Shown: piece by piece, positions 25,131-34,709 of the stretch
Layout: every line of letters begins with the position of its first letter
How positions within the stretch are numbered: the stretch's first letter is position 1
DNA from: a virus
Reading direction: 5' to 3' (one strand)
Virus record (IMG/VR): IMGVR_UViG_3300025834_000005
DNA length: 64,000 nt
Notes under the pieces: model-generated
The model's database searches: none
What the model was told of the DNA's origin: nothing
What the model saw: the letters and a program-made list of their open reading frames with translations, nothing else
Translations under genes and position numbers: made by a program

Positions 25131-25388
25131 ATGGAAAAGAAAAAATTAACAGTCACAGTCGCTGGTGCTGCTGGCTCAGGAAAGTCACACCTGCTATTTT
25201 TAATTAAAAGCTTTCTAAAAGATAATGGTTTCGACGTGAACCATAATGTTAGCTACGATTTAAACTCTGAAATAGGCTTTGATTGGTGCGTAAACACCAA
25301 TTTCAACAAAGCGATTGAATCGATAAGGCAAACTACCTCAATAACAGTTAATGAGGTTCAGACAGCACAAAAACCAAAAGAAAATTAA
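25131..25388 (+). CDS. small protein with a P-loop-like GAAGSGKS
   Basis: ORF track; Walker A-like motif only. Confidence 0.55.
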   Translation: MEKKKLTVTVAGAAGSGKSHLLFLIKSFLKDNGFDVNHNVSYDLNSEIGFDWCVNTNFNKAIESIRQTTSITVNEVQTAQKPKEN

Positions 25389-25390
25389 TT

Positions 25391-25570
25391 ATGCACGAAG
25401 TAACAATAGAAGAATTGAAATTGAATAGTACCATTTATGTTAAAAAGTTTGGTACGAATATGGCGGTAGCTGAAAAAACAAAGCTACCGAATAAGAATTA
25501 CGAAATCACTTTCGAAAATGGCGATACAATGATTTGTAAGCCACGTACAGTATTGGAGCTAATAGGTTGA
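25391..25570 (+). CDS. small hypothetical protein (59 aa, below track cutoff)
   Basis: ATG 25391 lies 2 nt after upstream stop; read by hand to TGA 25568-25570. Confidence 0.5.
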   Translation: MHEVTIEELKLNSTIYVKKFGTNMAVAEKTKLPNKNYEITFENGDTMICKPRTVLELIG

Positions 25571-25890
25571 AAGATATTGATAAAGAATATGTTCTTGAAA
25601 GAATTGTAAATGAATTCTGGATTGATCGTAATGGTAAGTCTCACTATTACAGCGGAACACTTGAAGATGCTTATCAGGTTTGCTCTTTTCATTTCGATAT
25701 TGCTCGAAGTTTATACCCAGAAATAAATTACCCTGATGACGTTTTAACAAGATTAGGATGGATTGCTGTTGGCTCAGGTTCTTATAAGGAAAGTATTAAC
25801 AAATACCCTACGAATAGACAATGCCAAGCATTACGTAAATTAGGACATTGCTCAATAACATTATATGATGGGACAGAGCTATCACTTTAA
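25567..25890 (+). CDS. hypothetical protein (TTG start)
   Basis: ORF track; TTGA overlap with upstream stop. Confidence 0.55.
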   Translation: MKDIDKEYVLERIVNEFWIDRNGKSHYYSGTLEDAYQVCSFHFDIARSLYPEINYPDDVLTRLGWIAVGSGSYKESINKYPTNRQCQALRKLGHCSITLYDGTELSL

Positions 25891-25899
25891 ATTAAAAAT

Positions 25900-26094
25900 A
25901 TGAGATACGATAAAATCGATAGGTATTGTGAGTTAATCGCTACTATTAACTCTGAGAATTCAAAATTAAGAGAATTGCGCAATGAACATCATGAAGGCGG
26001 TTACAGTTTTGAAGATATTTATGTGGAAGATATAAAAAGGCTTCATGAGTACCGTTGCGAATTAAGAGACATAATTAAATTTATAAACTCTTAA
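25900..26094 (+). CDS. hypothetical protein
   Basis: ORF track. Confidence 0.55.
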   Translation: MRYDKIDRYCELIATINSENSKLRELRNEHHEGGYSFEDIYVEDIKRLHEYRCELRDIIKFINS

Positions 26095-26095
26095 T

Positions 26096-26248
26096 ATGCA
26101 GGAAATTTACATGGAAGTGACACTCCAATACATGTTCGCTTTAGGTCAAATGGATGATGCACAAGCACTTGTAGCTAAATCAAGTCAACATATACTTGAA
26201 ACAGTAAGTTATATCAAGCTATTGCCTGAAAATGAGCCGACCAATTAA
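26096..26248 (+). CDS. small hypothetical protein (50 aa)
   Basis: Read by hand; ATG lies 1 nt after upstream stop. Confidence 0.45.
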   Translation: MQEIYMEVTLQYMFALGQMDDAQALVAKSSQHILETVSYIKLLPENEPTN

Positions 26249-26396
26249 AGAAACGCCTATATTATATGGCGAAGATGCTCGTAGGTTTATCTCTAATCAT
26301 GAAAATCCTACGCAGCTTTCCAATGAGGTAAAAGAGAGAATGAAGAGGAATTATGAGAAAATCTCCAAATTAGTGAAAAGCACATCGAAGGACTAA
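26232..26396 (+). CDS. small hypothetical protein (54 aa)
   Basis: Read by hand; overlaps the previous small ORF by 17 nt. Confidence 0.45.
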   Translation: MSRPIKETPILYGEDARRFISNHENPTQLSNEVKERMKRNYEKISKLVKSTSKD

Positions 26397-26405
26397 AGTT
26401 TATTT

Positions 26406-26434
26406 CATAGTATTTATGTGAAAATAATACTATG
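26406..26434 (+). promoter_or_regulatory. 9-bp hairpin that sequesters the lysozyme start codon
   Basis: CATAGTATT 26406-26414 pairs with AATACTATG 26426-26434 (ATG = 26432-26434). Confidence 0.4.
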
Positions 26435-26956
26435 AACCAGAAAATAAGCCAAAACGGAATTGATCTCATAAAACATTATGAAAGTATTAATGATGGTGAC
26501 CTATCAAAAATAGGGTTACAACCAAAACCTGATTGTAGCGGATATATGACTATCGGCTATGGTAGAGTTTTAATTAAACCACAAGGCGGATATGTAAAAA
26601 CTCTTGCAGATGTGGATAAATACTTTCCACAATATGGAACAATTACTATACAACAAGCTGAACAATACCTTGCTGAGGACTGTAACAAATTCGAAAATAA
26701 TGTTAATTCACTTGAATTAACATTAACACAAGGACAGTTTGATGCTTTGGTCTCATTTAGTTTTAACGTCGGGTTTGGTGCATTGAAAGGGTCTACATTA
26801 TTAAAAAGAATAAAACAGATCGTATCAACACCTTCAATTGAAGTATGTTTTGGAATGTGGAATAAAAGTGCTGGCGTTGCTTATAGGGGTTTAACTTTCA
26901 GACGCCAAACAGAAGCCCTATTATACAATACTGGTGTACTTAAGTTTTTTAATTAA
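26432..26956 (+). CDS. GH24 (T4-type) lysozyme / endolysin
   Basis: LIKHYE...PD...GYMTIGYGR catalytic E/D/T pattern; FDALVSFSFNVG. Confidence 0.85.
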   Translation: MNQKISQNGIDLIKHYESINDGDLSKIGLQPKPDCSGYMTIGYGRVLIKPQGGYVKTLADVDKYFPQYGTITIQQAEQYLAEDCNKFENNVNSLELTLTQGQFDALVSFSFNVGFGALKGSTLLKRIKQIVSTPSIEVCFGMWNKSAGVAYRGLTFRRQTEALLYNTGVLKFFN

Positions 26957-26968
26957 AAACAGTTTGTA

Positions 26969-27400
26969 ATGAAACAAGATACAAAAAGAGAAATATCTCA
27001 CATAGCTAAGAGAATCAATGAAATACTTGATACATGCAATCCGTCATCGGCAACGCCACCACCATCATCAATGGCTGGTGGTTCAACACCTGTTCCTGAC
27101 GAAATCGGTAATCATCCTCAAAGTACTAATGAACAAATAGCTGGAACACCACCGCAAGCATCTGTACAAACAGCACAACAAAAGCCATTAGCATCTGACG
27201 TACAATCATTACAAAGAGCCACTGCAAATGCTGGTTCTGTTAGTAAGGCAAGCGGACGTATTAACACATCAACTGAATTTCCGCAAGCTTTTAAAGTATG
27301 GTTTGGAACTTTAGGATATAATCCGCAAAATAAGGCTATAACAATTCAACGAGTACGAACAGAGGTTGAGAAAGCCATGCGAGAAATGGGTTACAGATAA
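26969..27400 (+). CDS. hypothetical protein (Pro/Ser/Gln-rich centre)
   Basis: ORF track. Confidence 0.6.
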   Translation: MKQDTKREISHIAKRINEILDTCNPSSATPPPSSMAGGSTPVPDEIGNHPQSTNEQIAGTPPQASVQTAQQKPLASDVQSLQRATANAGSVSKASGRINTSTEFPQAFKVWFGTLGYNPQNKAITIQRVRTEVEKAMREMGYR

Positions 27401-27417
27401 TCAGATATTCATATATT

Positions 27418-27450
27418 AAAAAGGTTACATTAGTTTGTAACCTTTTTTTT
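27418..27450 (+). terminator. perfect 12-bp hairpin + T9; 3' arm is the promoter box 1
   Basis: AAAAAGGTTACA 27418-27429 pairs with TGTAACCTTTTT 27436-27447. Confidence 0.7.
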
Positions 27451-27465
27451 TCGTTTACGTATAAT
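27436..27465 (+). promoter_or_regulatory. phage promoter-like bipartite motif
   Basis: TGTAACC 27436; TACGTATAAT 27456; ATG 27486. Confidence 0.7.
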
Positions 27466-27485
27466 GAAGAAAACAATTCATTATT

Positions 27486-27770
27486 ATGGAAAAAGAATTT
27501 AAATATCTTGTCGGAGAATTTCAGATCACTGGTGATAATCAGGTTAATGTCGATCTTGTGTGTAAAGACTGGAATCATTTATGGGTTATTCTTCAACATG
27601 ATGACACATTCAGACTTGTTAAATATGTTCGAAAAGATTCCCAAAACACAGCCATTAAGACAGACATATCACAGATTCAAGCACTTGAAATAATTAAGAA
27701 GCTTAAATTAGAGAGTAATCCAACATTTTTACGTTCATCATCAGCTTGGAGACTGCCAGTAAAAAATTAA
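27486..27770 (+). CDS. hypothetical protein
   Basis: ORF track. Confidence 0.6.
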   Translation: MEKEFKYLVGEFQITGDNQVNVDLVCKDWNHLWVILQHDDTFRLVKYVRKDSQNTAIKTDISQIQALEIIKKLKLESNPTFLRSSSAWRLPVKN

Positions 27771-27774
27771 TCAT

Positions 27775-28077
27775 ATGAAAACGCCATTAGAATTATTAGC
27801 TGTATTACAGTATTCTCGGAAGTATAATATTTGGAGCAATCCGAAGCGACCTGATGATGTTCAAACAGACTGTTGCGAATTTTGCGGAAAAAAGACAGGT
27901 AAAAATCCTTTAGCTGTTCATGTTACATTCGCTGGCACATGCTTACCCAATGAGATCACAGAGGACGAAATCAACACAGTTGAGCAATCGCAAGGACGTT
28001 TTAATATTGGCATTAATTGTGCAAAAACAATGTTTGGCTCTGATATTGATCATTACACATCGAAATTAATTAAATAG
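27775..28077 (+). CDS. hypothetical protein
   Basis: ORF track. Confidence 0.6.
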   Translation: MKTPLELLAVLQYSRKYNIWSNPKRPDDVQTDCCEFCGKKTGKNPLAVHVTFAGTCLPNEITEDEINTVEQSQGRFNIGINCAKTMFGSDIDHYTSKLIK

Positions 28078-28079
28078 TC

Positions 28080-28109
28080 TGTAACCTTTTTTCACCATTT
28101 ACGTATAAC
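28080..28109 (+). promoter_or_regulatory. phage promoter-like bipartite motif
   Basis: TGTAACC 28080; TACGTATAAC 28100; ATG 28136. Confidence 0.7.
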
Positions 28110-28135
28110 ATAGAAACAATTTAAATTTTTACATT

Positions 28136-30403
28136 ATGATTCTTGATTTAACACTTAATAGCGACGAAATTAGCTCAACTGACGATAGCTCAACCACTGA
28201 AATGGGAGTTAGTGCCAATGCTGCTCAAATCTTCTTTAGAATGTTTACCAAGAACACGTACTCCAATCCAATTGGTAGTGTTGTTAGGGAAATTACAAGT
28301 AACTGTTTCGATAGTCACATCGAAGCGAATGTTACAAAGCCTATTTTAATTAAAAGAGGCGTCGATGCTCACACAAAAATCGATTACATTTCATTCATCG
28401 ACTTTGGTATCGGAATGTCGCCTGAACGAATTAAAAAGGTTTACAATGTTTTGTTTACAAGCACAAAGCAAAGTGATAATACGCAAATCGGAGGCTTCGG
28501 ATTAGGCTCAAAATCACCACTGGCTTATTACCGTCAAGTTGGTGATAGAAGTAGTGATCAGGATAACAGCTTTTTTGTTACAACTATTTTCGATCATAAA
28601 AAATACACATACTGTATTTACGAAGGCCCTAAAACACCACTTATCAACTTACTCCATGTTGAAGATTGCACAGAGGGTAACGGTACAGAAGTTCGCATAC
28701 CTGTCTTAAGTAAAGATATGTATCGCTTTAAAACAGAGATCGTAAAACAATTATATTACTTTGACAGCATTGTTTTTGAAGGGTTTGATGATTACAGTGG
28801 AATCACCAATGAATTCAACATTGTTCGTGGTACAAGCTTTCTATACAGAGGTACATCATACTCAGATTATATGCATATCTGCTTAGGTAAAGTAGCATAT
28901 CCTATCAATTACGATACTCTTGGTCTTAATTCATCTGAATACAGATTCCCTGTTGCTATTAAGCTTGAAATTGGCGATATCAATGTTGTGACGTCACGTG
29001 AGGCAATTGATTATTCTGAGAACACTATTAAGCTTATTATTAAGAAGCTTAAAGAAGCCAAAGCTGAAATAGTTGCGCTTATTGCAAAACAATATGATAC
29101 TGTTGTATCGCTTCCAGACTATTTTAATTTTAAAAAAGAGTTTGGTATGCTATACTTTCCTAACGATATTCAAATGAACATTTCAAACATGTGTAAATTC
29201 AAGGATATTGAATTACCTAATTTTAAGTATTCAGATGTTCCAGTAATTAATGACGTTAAGATGTTTAATAATTTATATACTATCGGGGTTTATGGAAAAA
29301 AAGAATCACGTCACAGTTGGAAAGATAGCATTTTTGATGGTAGTTACGATAAATTAGACCTTGGCAATGTTTTCTTAGTTGATAGTTTCTACAAACGTAA
29401 AGTTTTAAAGCATGCTTATTTAAAAAGTATGAATAGTAGAAATTATTTTGTAAGTCCAAATCCATTGGCTAAGTCAGCGCATATCCTTGCAGAAATCTTT
29501 GATGTTAAACGTAGCGAATTAATGACTGTTAATAAGGATGACGCAAGAGACATAATGTTTACGCCACTATACATGACAATATGTGAAATGCTTGACGAAT
29601 ATCGTGAAATTGTTGAGTCTAAAATATCAACGTATGATGATATTATTGTTCCAAGTACATTTGTGAGAGAGAAATCTTATACAGCAGACAAAGAAGATAT
29701 TACAATCACAATGGTATACAGATATAATAATGTTGAGAAGTATACTTTCAAGTTCACACAACTCCTTAAATTCAAAGGCACAATTATTTACGGTGATTTT
29801 GATAAAGTACTTGATTTAAAAAATGCTTGCGATACTTATGAGGATTTATTTTCACCAAGATCAGAAGCTGTAAGAAAATACAGTCGACATGAAGGTTTTT
29901 ATTCTGATAATAGCAAGGCAAGGGTCATGTTCTTAATGGTATCTAAAGCCAACATGAGAAGAATTAAGCAGCTTAAGAATATCTGTCATGTGGATGATAT
30001 CTATAATCGTTTCTTTTATCGTAAGAAAGAACTTGTGGAACGCAGTTTCTTTGTAGGTAAAATTGCTAACAGGTATAATGAACTGGACTCATTTTACAGA
30101 TCGGAAGATTTTAAACAAATCTTTCCAGAAATAGGTAAAGATTTGACAGAATTAACCGATTATCTTCGTGTTAACAATGTTAAGCAACTTTTCAAGACTA
30201 CTCAAACACTTAAACTTGAAAGGTACTTCAAGATTGATAAAGATAAAGTACCTGTTGGGCATGAAAAGCATTTTAAGACTATTAATAATATAGACGATAT
30301 CTGCGCAAAATACAAGCATGTATTTAAATTTATCAATATCCCTTATAATTATGGTAGCAATCAGGAATTCACCGACTTCATGAAAACTGTAATTAAACTG
30401 TAA
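28136..30403 (+). CDS. rIIA: rIIA-like protein with N-terminal GHKL ATPase fold
   Basis: Bergerat motifs REITSNCFDS, DFGIGMS, GGFGLGSKS; 755 aa; directly upstream of the rIIB homolog. Confidence 0.75.
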   Translation: MILDLTLNSDEISSTDDSSTTEMGVSANAAQIFFRMFTKNTYSNPIGSVVREITSNCFDSHIEANVTKPILIKRGVDAHTKIDYISFIDFGIGMSPERIKKVYNVLFTSTKQSDNTQIGGFGLGSKSPLAYYRQVGDRSSDQDNSFFVTTIFDHKKYTYCIYEGPKTPLINLLHVEDCTEGNGTEVRIPVLSKDMYRFKTEIVKQLYYFDSIVFEGFDDYSGITNEFNIVRGTSFLYRGTSYSDYMHICLGKVAYPINYDTLGLNSSEYRFPVAIKLEIGDINVVTSREAIDYSENTIKLIIKKLKEAKAEIVALIAKQYDTVVSLPDYFNFKKEFGMLYFPNDIQMNISNMCKFKDIELPNFKYSDVPVINDVKMFNNLYTIGVYGKKESRHSWKDSIFDGSYDKLDLGNVFLVDSFYKRKVLKHAYLKSMNSRNYFVSPNPLAKSAHILAEIFDVKRSELMTVNKDDARDIMFTPLYMTICEMLDEYREIVESKISTYDDIIVPSTFVREKSYTADKEDITITMVYRYNNVEKYTFKFTQLLKFKGTIIYGDFDKVLDLKNACDTYEDLFSPRSEAVRKYSRHEGFYSDNSKARVMFLMVSKANMRRIKQLKNICHVDDIYNRFFYRKKELVERSFFVGKIANRYNELDSFYRSEDFKQIFPEIGKDLTELTDYLRVNNVKQLFKTTQTLKLERYFKIDKDKVPVGHEKHFKTINNIDDICAKYKHVFKFINIPYNYGSNQEFTDFMKTVIKL

Positions 30404-30420
30404 ATAAATATCAGTTATTT

Positions 30421-30450
30421 TGTAACCTTTTATATTTTGTAACGTATAAC
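30421..30450 (+). promoter_or_regulatory. phage promoter-like bipartite motif
   Basis: TGTAACC 30421; AACGTATAAC 30441; ATG 30474. Confidence 0.7.
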
Positions 30451-30473
30451 AAGTAAATTAATACAATTTAAGT

Positions 30474-31796
30474 ATGAACATAATTAACGCAATTAAAATC
30501 GGAAACATTATCAATCTATCGATTAACGGTATTTTGGAAAAGAAGATTTGTGCTACCAGCGAAGAAGCTAAAAGCATTTTCGAAATGGTTTTAAAAACCA
30601 AGGCTGACCCGACAGACCTGAACATTAAGAATCTTTTTTTATTTCTTAATAACAAGGTTCGGGAAGTCATTATTGCTGGCTTTGAATGCGATCTTGTTGA
30701 TGGAAATATTTATCTTCAAGGCTTTAACACGCCAGTGCCTGATGCTATTCTTGATGTGGTTAAGGATTACAACGAGAACAATTTTCCATATGAAACCATC
30801 ATCAATTTCTGGAAACTTTTGATGATCAATCCAGATGAAATAGTTCGCAAGTCATTGTTTGATTTTATCAGCAAGTTCAATTTGGTTTTATCCAATTACG
30901 GCTATTTCTTAGCTTATAAAGCTGTCAAGCTTTATGTTGATCCTAAAAGTTCAACCCCTGTTGCTGCTCCTGTTAAGAAAAAGGCAAAAAAGGGCAAAGA
31001 AACCACAGTGAAGCCAGCATCGAAGAGTGGATTAACAGTTGATGAACAGTTCATTGCCGCCGAATACAACAAGGTGAAAAATACATGGAAATGTGCACCA
31101 AAGAACTATACTGTTTATGTCACCAATGCTGACGGAAAGCCACATGCAACCGAAACAAAGACATTCGCTAAATGGAACTTAGCCGAGAAGAATGTTACCG
31201 AACTTGGGTGTCTTAAGGATATGTTTGAGTTAGCACCTTACACGAGCAACGCAACCATTACTGTGGCAGAGCAAGAAGTCGAGGTTGTGAAACAAGCAGA
31301 TGAAATACAAGTCGACAATGTACCAGTGTATACTGACAAGCACACTGGCAAAATGAGGATTATCCTTGGAAAGCCTGTGCAAATGGAACGTAAAGACTGT
31401 AACGGTGATCCTAAACAGGATTGTAGCTATGGATTGCACGTTGGAAGTACAAAGTACGTTGAAAGCTTCGCAAGTTCAGATGATACAATTCTTCTATGCC
31501 TTGTGAATCCAGCACATGTTGTCGCTGTACCTAATTCAGACACGAGCAAAATGAGAGTATCTGAGTATTTTCCGATTAGTATCGTAAGTCGTACAGACTC
31601 AAAGATTAACGCCATACAACAGTCATACTTCGAAAGCGATTATATCGCTTACGAACAGGGTGAGCTTAATAAAATGGCAGATAAAATTCGTGCTAATCAG
31701 TATCCTATTGCCGTAGCAAAAACAACAAAAGCAGAAGATCGTCCTTTGGCTGACTTGCTTAAAATTATCGAATCACGCTTAATTGATCTTAAATAA
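30474..31796 (+). CDS. rIIB: rIIB-like protein
   Basis: GYFLAYKAVK and DCSYGLHVGSTKYV...VNPAHVVAVP...KMRVSEY match T4 rIIB segments as I recall them (GYFYAWKVV; CSRGLHVCSKSYI...HPRDVVSIP...KMRTCQY). Confidence 0.8.
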   Translation: MNIINAIKIGNIINLSINGILEKKICATSEEAKSIFEMVLKTKADPTDLNIKNLFLFLNNKVREVIIAGFECDLVDGNIYLQGFNTPVPDAILDVVKDYNENNFPYETIINFWKLLMINPDEIVRKSLFDFISKFNLVLSNYGYFLAYKAVKLYVDPKSSTPVAAPVKKKAKKGKETTVKPASKSGLTVDEQFIAAEYNKVKNTWKCAPKNYTVYVTNADGKPHATETKTFAKWNLAEKNVTELGCLKDMFELAPYTSNATITVAEQEVEVVKQADEIQVDNVPVYTDKHTGKMRIILGKPVQMERKDCNGDPKQDCSYGLHVGSTKYVESFASSDDTILLCLVNPAHVVAVPNSDTSKMRVSEYFPISIVSRTDSKINAIQQSYFESDYIAYEQGELNKMADKIRANQYPIAVAKTTKAEDRPLADLLKIIESRLIDLK

Positions 31797-31801
31797 AAAC
31801 A

Positions 31802-32098
31802 ATGTCCAAGAAAAGAAAAACAGCAGCGGATTACCGCATCGACCATAAATCAGCTTCGACAGAATTAAAGTCTGTCGAAGCCAAGATCAGACAACGACTT
31901 TTTGAGTTAGCTTCGGCTAATCCAGAAGTTCCAATTATGACAGGCGTAGCTGGCGAAACGCTTAATAAAGCCAAGTCACTGGTAAATAAATATTACATTG
32001 AGACGTTAAATATCGAGACACAGTTCTACTTTATCGATCTTATTGAAAAGTATAATGCCGATCAAATTGGTAAACAATTGGAAATTAAATTCGTATAA
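31802..32098 (+). CDS. hypothetical protein
   Basis: ORF track. Confidence 0.6.
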   Translation: MSKKRKTAADYRIDHKSASTELKSVEAKIRQRLFELASANPEVPIMTGVAGETLNKAKSLVNKYYIETLNIETQFYFIDLIEKYNADQIGKQLEIKFV

Positions 32099-32101
32099 TT
32101 A

Positions 32102-32377
32102 ATGATAAACGAAATAGCACAAATTGGTTCCTTTAGGACTTTACCTAAAGGAACTTTATGTTTCACTTTGGATGGGCATGTATCTGTCAACAATAATGTG
32201 ATTGTAAAAATAGTAAGTAATAACATGCATACAGTTAAGGGAAGGGTTCAGCGTTTATTATTCGACATGAACACATATACGCCTTCATTAATTGACAACA
32301 ATGAAGAACCTGACATTTGTTTCGATTACGAACATACATTACCATATTCCTTACCGACCTCAATTTTTGGACGATGA
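32102..32377 (+). CDS. hypothetical protein
   Basis: ORF track. Confidence 0.55.
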   Translation: MINEIAQIGSFRTLPKGTLCFTLDGHVSVNNNVIVKIVSNNMHTVKGRVQRLLFDMNTYTPSLIDNNEEPDICFDYEHTLPYSLPTSIFGR

Positions 32378-32814
32378 TCAAATACGTAAAAGGTGACGCC
32401 ACGAAACCGATTGGTCATGGCAACAAATTAATAATACACTGCTCCAACGATGAAAATAAATGGGGGGCAGGTTTTGTACTTGCCCTTAGCAAACGATGGA
32501 AACAACCAGAAGCGATGTTTAGGCTTTTAAAAAACGCTAAACTTGGCGAAGTTCAATTCGTAAACGTTGAGAAAGATATTACTGTGGCAAATATGATTGG
32601 ACAACATGGTATTAAAGCCATGCCAAATGATAAGCCAATCAGGTACGACGCAATCAATGAGGCACTGAAAAAGGTTAATGAGTATGCTATTCAAAATAAC
32701 TTTACAGTACATTGTCCTAAATTCGGGGCAGGTCTCGCAGGTGGAGATTGGAATGTAATCGAAACATTGATCAAATCAAATATTACAGTCGATGTAACTG
32801 TTTATGAGTTCTAA
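32374..32814 (+). CDS. macro domain protein (ADP-ribose binding/hydrolase fold)
   Basis: Track ORF trimmed to ATG 32374 (ATGA overlap); KGDATKP...IIHCSNDENKWGAGFVLAL...CPKFGAGLAGGDW. Confidence 0.7.
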   Translation: MIKYVKGDATKPIGHGNKLIIHCSNDENKWGAGFVLALSKRWKQPEAMFRLLKNAKLGEVQFVNVEKDITVANMIGQHGIKAMPNDKPIRYDAINEALKKVNEYAIQNNFTVHCPKFGAGLAGGDWNVIETLIKSNITVDVTVYEF

Positions 32815-33208
32815 ATTAAAAGCGACAATGTCTGTCCGATATGGTATATACGGCGGAGATATAATGTATCTATCAATACCCATTTTCACTGGTAAGGATA
32901 GTAACAAAGCATATGATAAACATGTAATCGAATCATTTGACTCTGGCGATTTTATAAGGGACTGGTATAATGCCGTTCAGTATGTCGCAAAATATATGAT
33001 CGGTTATGAAATGAAATATTCAGATGGAATCAAAGACTTCATAAATTTATCAGACCTTTATGAAGAGGCTTATTTAAAAAACGTTAACAAACAATGGTTA
33101 TTAAGCCATGATAAGCCTAACGATTCTGAAAGATCATTTCAGTTATATGTAAATAAGGGAGAATGCCCATCATGGGAAGAATTTAAAAACTATTGTTCAA
33201 CTATATAA
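32804..33208 (+). CDS. hypothetical protein
   Basis: ORF track. Confidence 0.6.
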   Translation: MSSKLKATMSVRYGIYGGDIMYLSIPIFTGKDSNKAYDKHVIESFDSGDFIRDWYNAVQYVAKYMIGYEMKYSDGIKDFINLSDLYEEAYLKNVNKQWLLSHDKPNDSERSFQLYVNKGECPSWEEFKNYCSTI

Positions 33209-33215
33209 ACCTAAT

Positions 33216-33632
33216 ATGAGTAAACCAGAATTGTTTTTACATATCGAATTGGAATTACCTGATCACACCGCTAAATTAACCGATGCGGAAGCTAAGATTG
33301 AAAATCTAAGAACAAGATTTGTCGAAATACAGAATAGCGGCAAAATTAATAACTACACACATGAGCCACTGTATGATGAAACAGTGCTTATGCTTGATTA
33401 TCTGGGAAGACTTTCAAGACCAATATTTGGTATCGAAAGCACGATTGAAGAGAAATACTGTAAAGAATATGTTTCAGAACCTGTTAAAGTGAAAAAATTA
33501 TGGTACGAGCATTATGAATACATTCATCGCCCATATACTATCTTAAAAAATAGGTGCTACAGGGTTCTCGAAGACCTTGATGACGAATTTTTCAGAGTTA
33601 ATCACTGTTTTCCGAGTAATTATAATTTATGA
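33216..33632 (+). CDS. hypothetical protein
   Basis: ORF track. Confidence 0.6.
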   Translation: MSKPELFLHIELELPDHTAKLTDAEAKIENLRTRFVEIQNSGKINNYTHEPLYDETVLMLDYLGRLSRPIFGIESTIEEKYCKEYVSEPVKVKKLWYEHYEYIHRPYTILKNRCYRVLEDLDDEFFRVNHCFPSNYNL

Positions 33633-33910
33633 AAAAGCTCATAAGGGATAAAATAGTTAAATACTATAAAGAAAGTGAATTCGAGCACATAACCAATCAG
33701 GAAGAATTGAATGAGTTTTATGCTTTAAAGGTTTATGAGGAACTTGATGAAATACAGCGATCTGGTCATAAGGATGTTACTGAATTCGCTGATCTTATTC
33801 AAGTGGCTATATCGTTTGCAAATGCAAATGGATTCACACTACCTATAGTAATGACGGCGGTGCAAAAAAAAGCAGACGAAAAGGCGAATTTAGTGATATT
33901 GCTTTGCTAA
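33629..33910 (+). CDS. MazG/PRA-PH-like NTP pyrophosphohydrolase; the family-like C-terminus continues in the -1 frame to 33951
   Basis: KLIRDKIV...EELDEI...EFADLIQV. After the A8 run (33865-33872) the -1 frame reads KKSRRKGEFSDIALLNL, resembling the family ...KRGGF...ILL ending. Confidence 0.6.
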   Translation: MKKLIRDKIVKYYKESEFEHITNQEELNEFYALKVYEELDEIQRSGHKDVTEFADLIQVAISFANANGFTLPIVMTAVQKKADEKANLVILLC

Positions 33911-33952
33911 ATCTAAATCCTAATAATCCAAGCAACAAGATTTATCTATAAT

Positions 33953-33998
33953 AAATGTTGCCAGAAAGTGGTATATAATGCACTTTCTGGCAACATTT
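33953..33998 (+). terminator. perfect 18-bp hairpin
   Basis: AAATGTTGCCAGAAAGTG 33953-33970 pairs with CACTTTCTGGCAACATTT 33981-33998. Confidence 0.7.
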
Positions 33999-34208
33999 GC
34001 TGTTTATAGCCAACATTGTTATATGAAAGTGCTATTTAATGCACAAATTATTTCCCATATAATTCGATATAGTAGCCAAAAACACTATTTTTGTCGCAGA
34101 TATCATGCATTAGCATCACAAATCGGGGTTTTCGCATGATTTTTCAGTCATGCAAATTAACATAAATAGCCATATTTAGCATTTTTTGTAAAAATAAGTA
34201 TGTATAAT

Positions 34209-34238
34209 TGTAACAAAAACAATTTTTGTACGTATAAA
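34209..34238 (+). promoter_or_regulatory. phage promoter-like bipartite motif
   Basis: TGTAACA 34209; TACGTATAAA 34229; ATG 34251. Confidence 0.65.
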
Positions 34239-34250
34239 CAAGAAAAAGAT

Positions 34251-34709
34251 ATGGTAAAAAGAATATTAATGTTAACCTTATTTTTTATGACGATTCTACC
34301 TTTCAGTGGATTTGTCGTAGCAAATAAATCATCGGCGGATGAAAAGAATACTCTAACTCTGGAGAACGTCTACAACGAATTGTGCAGGCTGGGCGTAAGA
34401 GATAAGAATATCGTAATGGCGCAAGTTAGACTTGAAACAGGTCATCTAAATAAAATACAGCATAAAAACAACCTATTTGGCTTCAAGAAGCCTAACGGTA
34501 AATATAACACATATGACACATGGCAAACGAGTGTGGCTGATTTTAAAAGATGGCAAGATAAGTATTTCGTTAATGGCACATATTTAGAATTTATAAAAAA
34601 AAGAGGCTATGCTGCTAACATGCAGAATTATATTATGAATCTAAAAAAATTAATGTCTAAGTATAATAAAGTAAACGCAAGTTATGAACAAACTGATACA
34701 ATTGATTAA
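34251..34709 (+). CDS. secreted glucosaminidase-family peptidoglycan hydrolase
   Basis: Track ORF 34200.. trimmed to ATG 34251 after the motif; signal peptide; AQVRLETGHL...NNLFGFK (PF01832-like). Confidence 0.65.
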   Translation: MVKRILMLTLFFMTILPFSGFVVANKSSADEKNTLTLENVYNELCRLGVRDKNIVMAQVRLETGHLNKIQHKNNLFGFKKPNGKYNTYDTWQTSVADFKRWQDKYFVNGTYLEFIKKRGYAANMQNYIMNLKKLMSKYNKVNASYEQTDTID

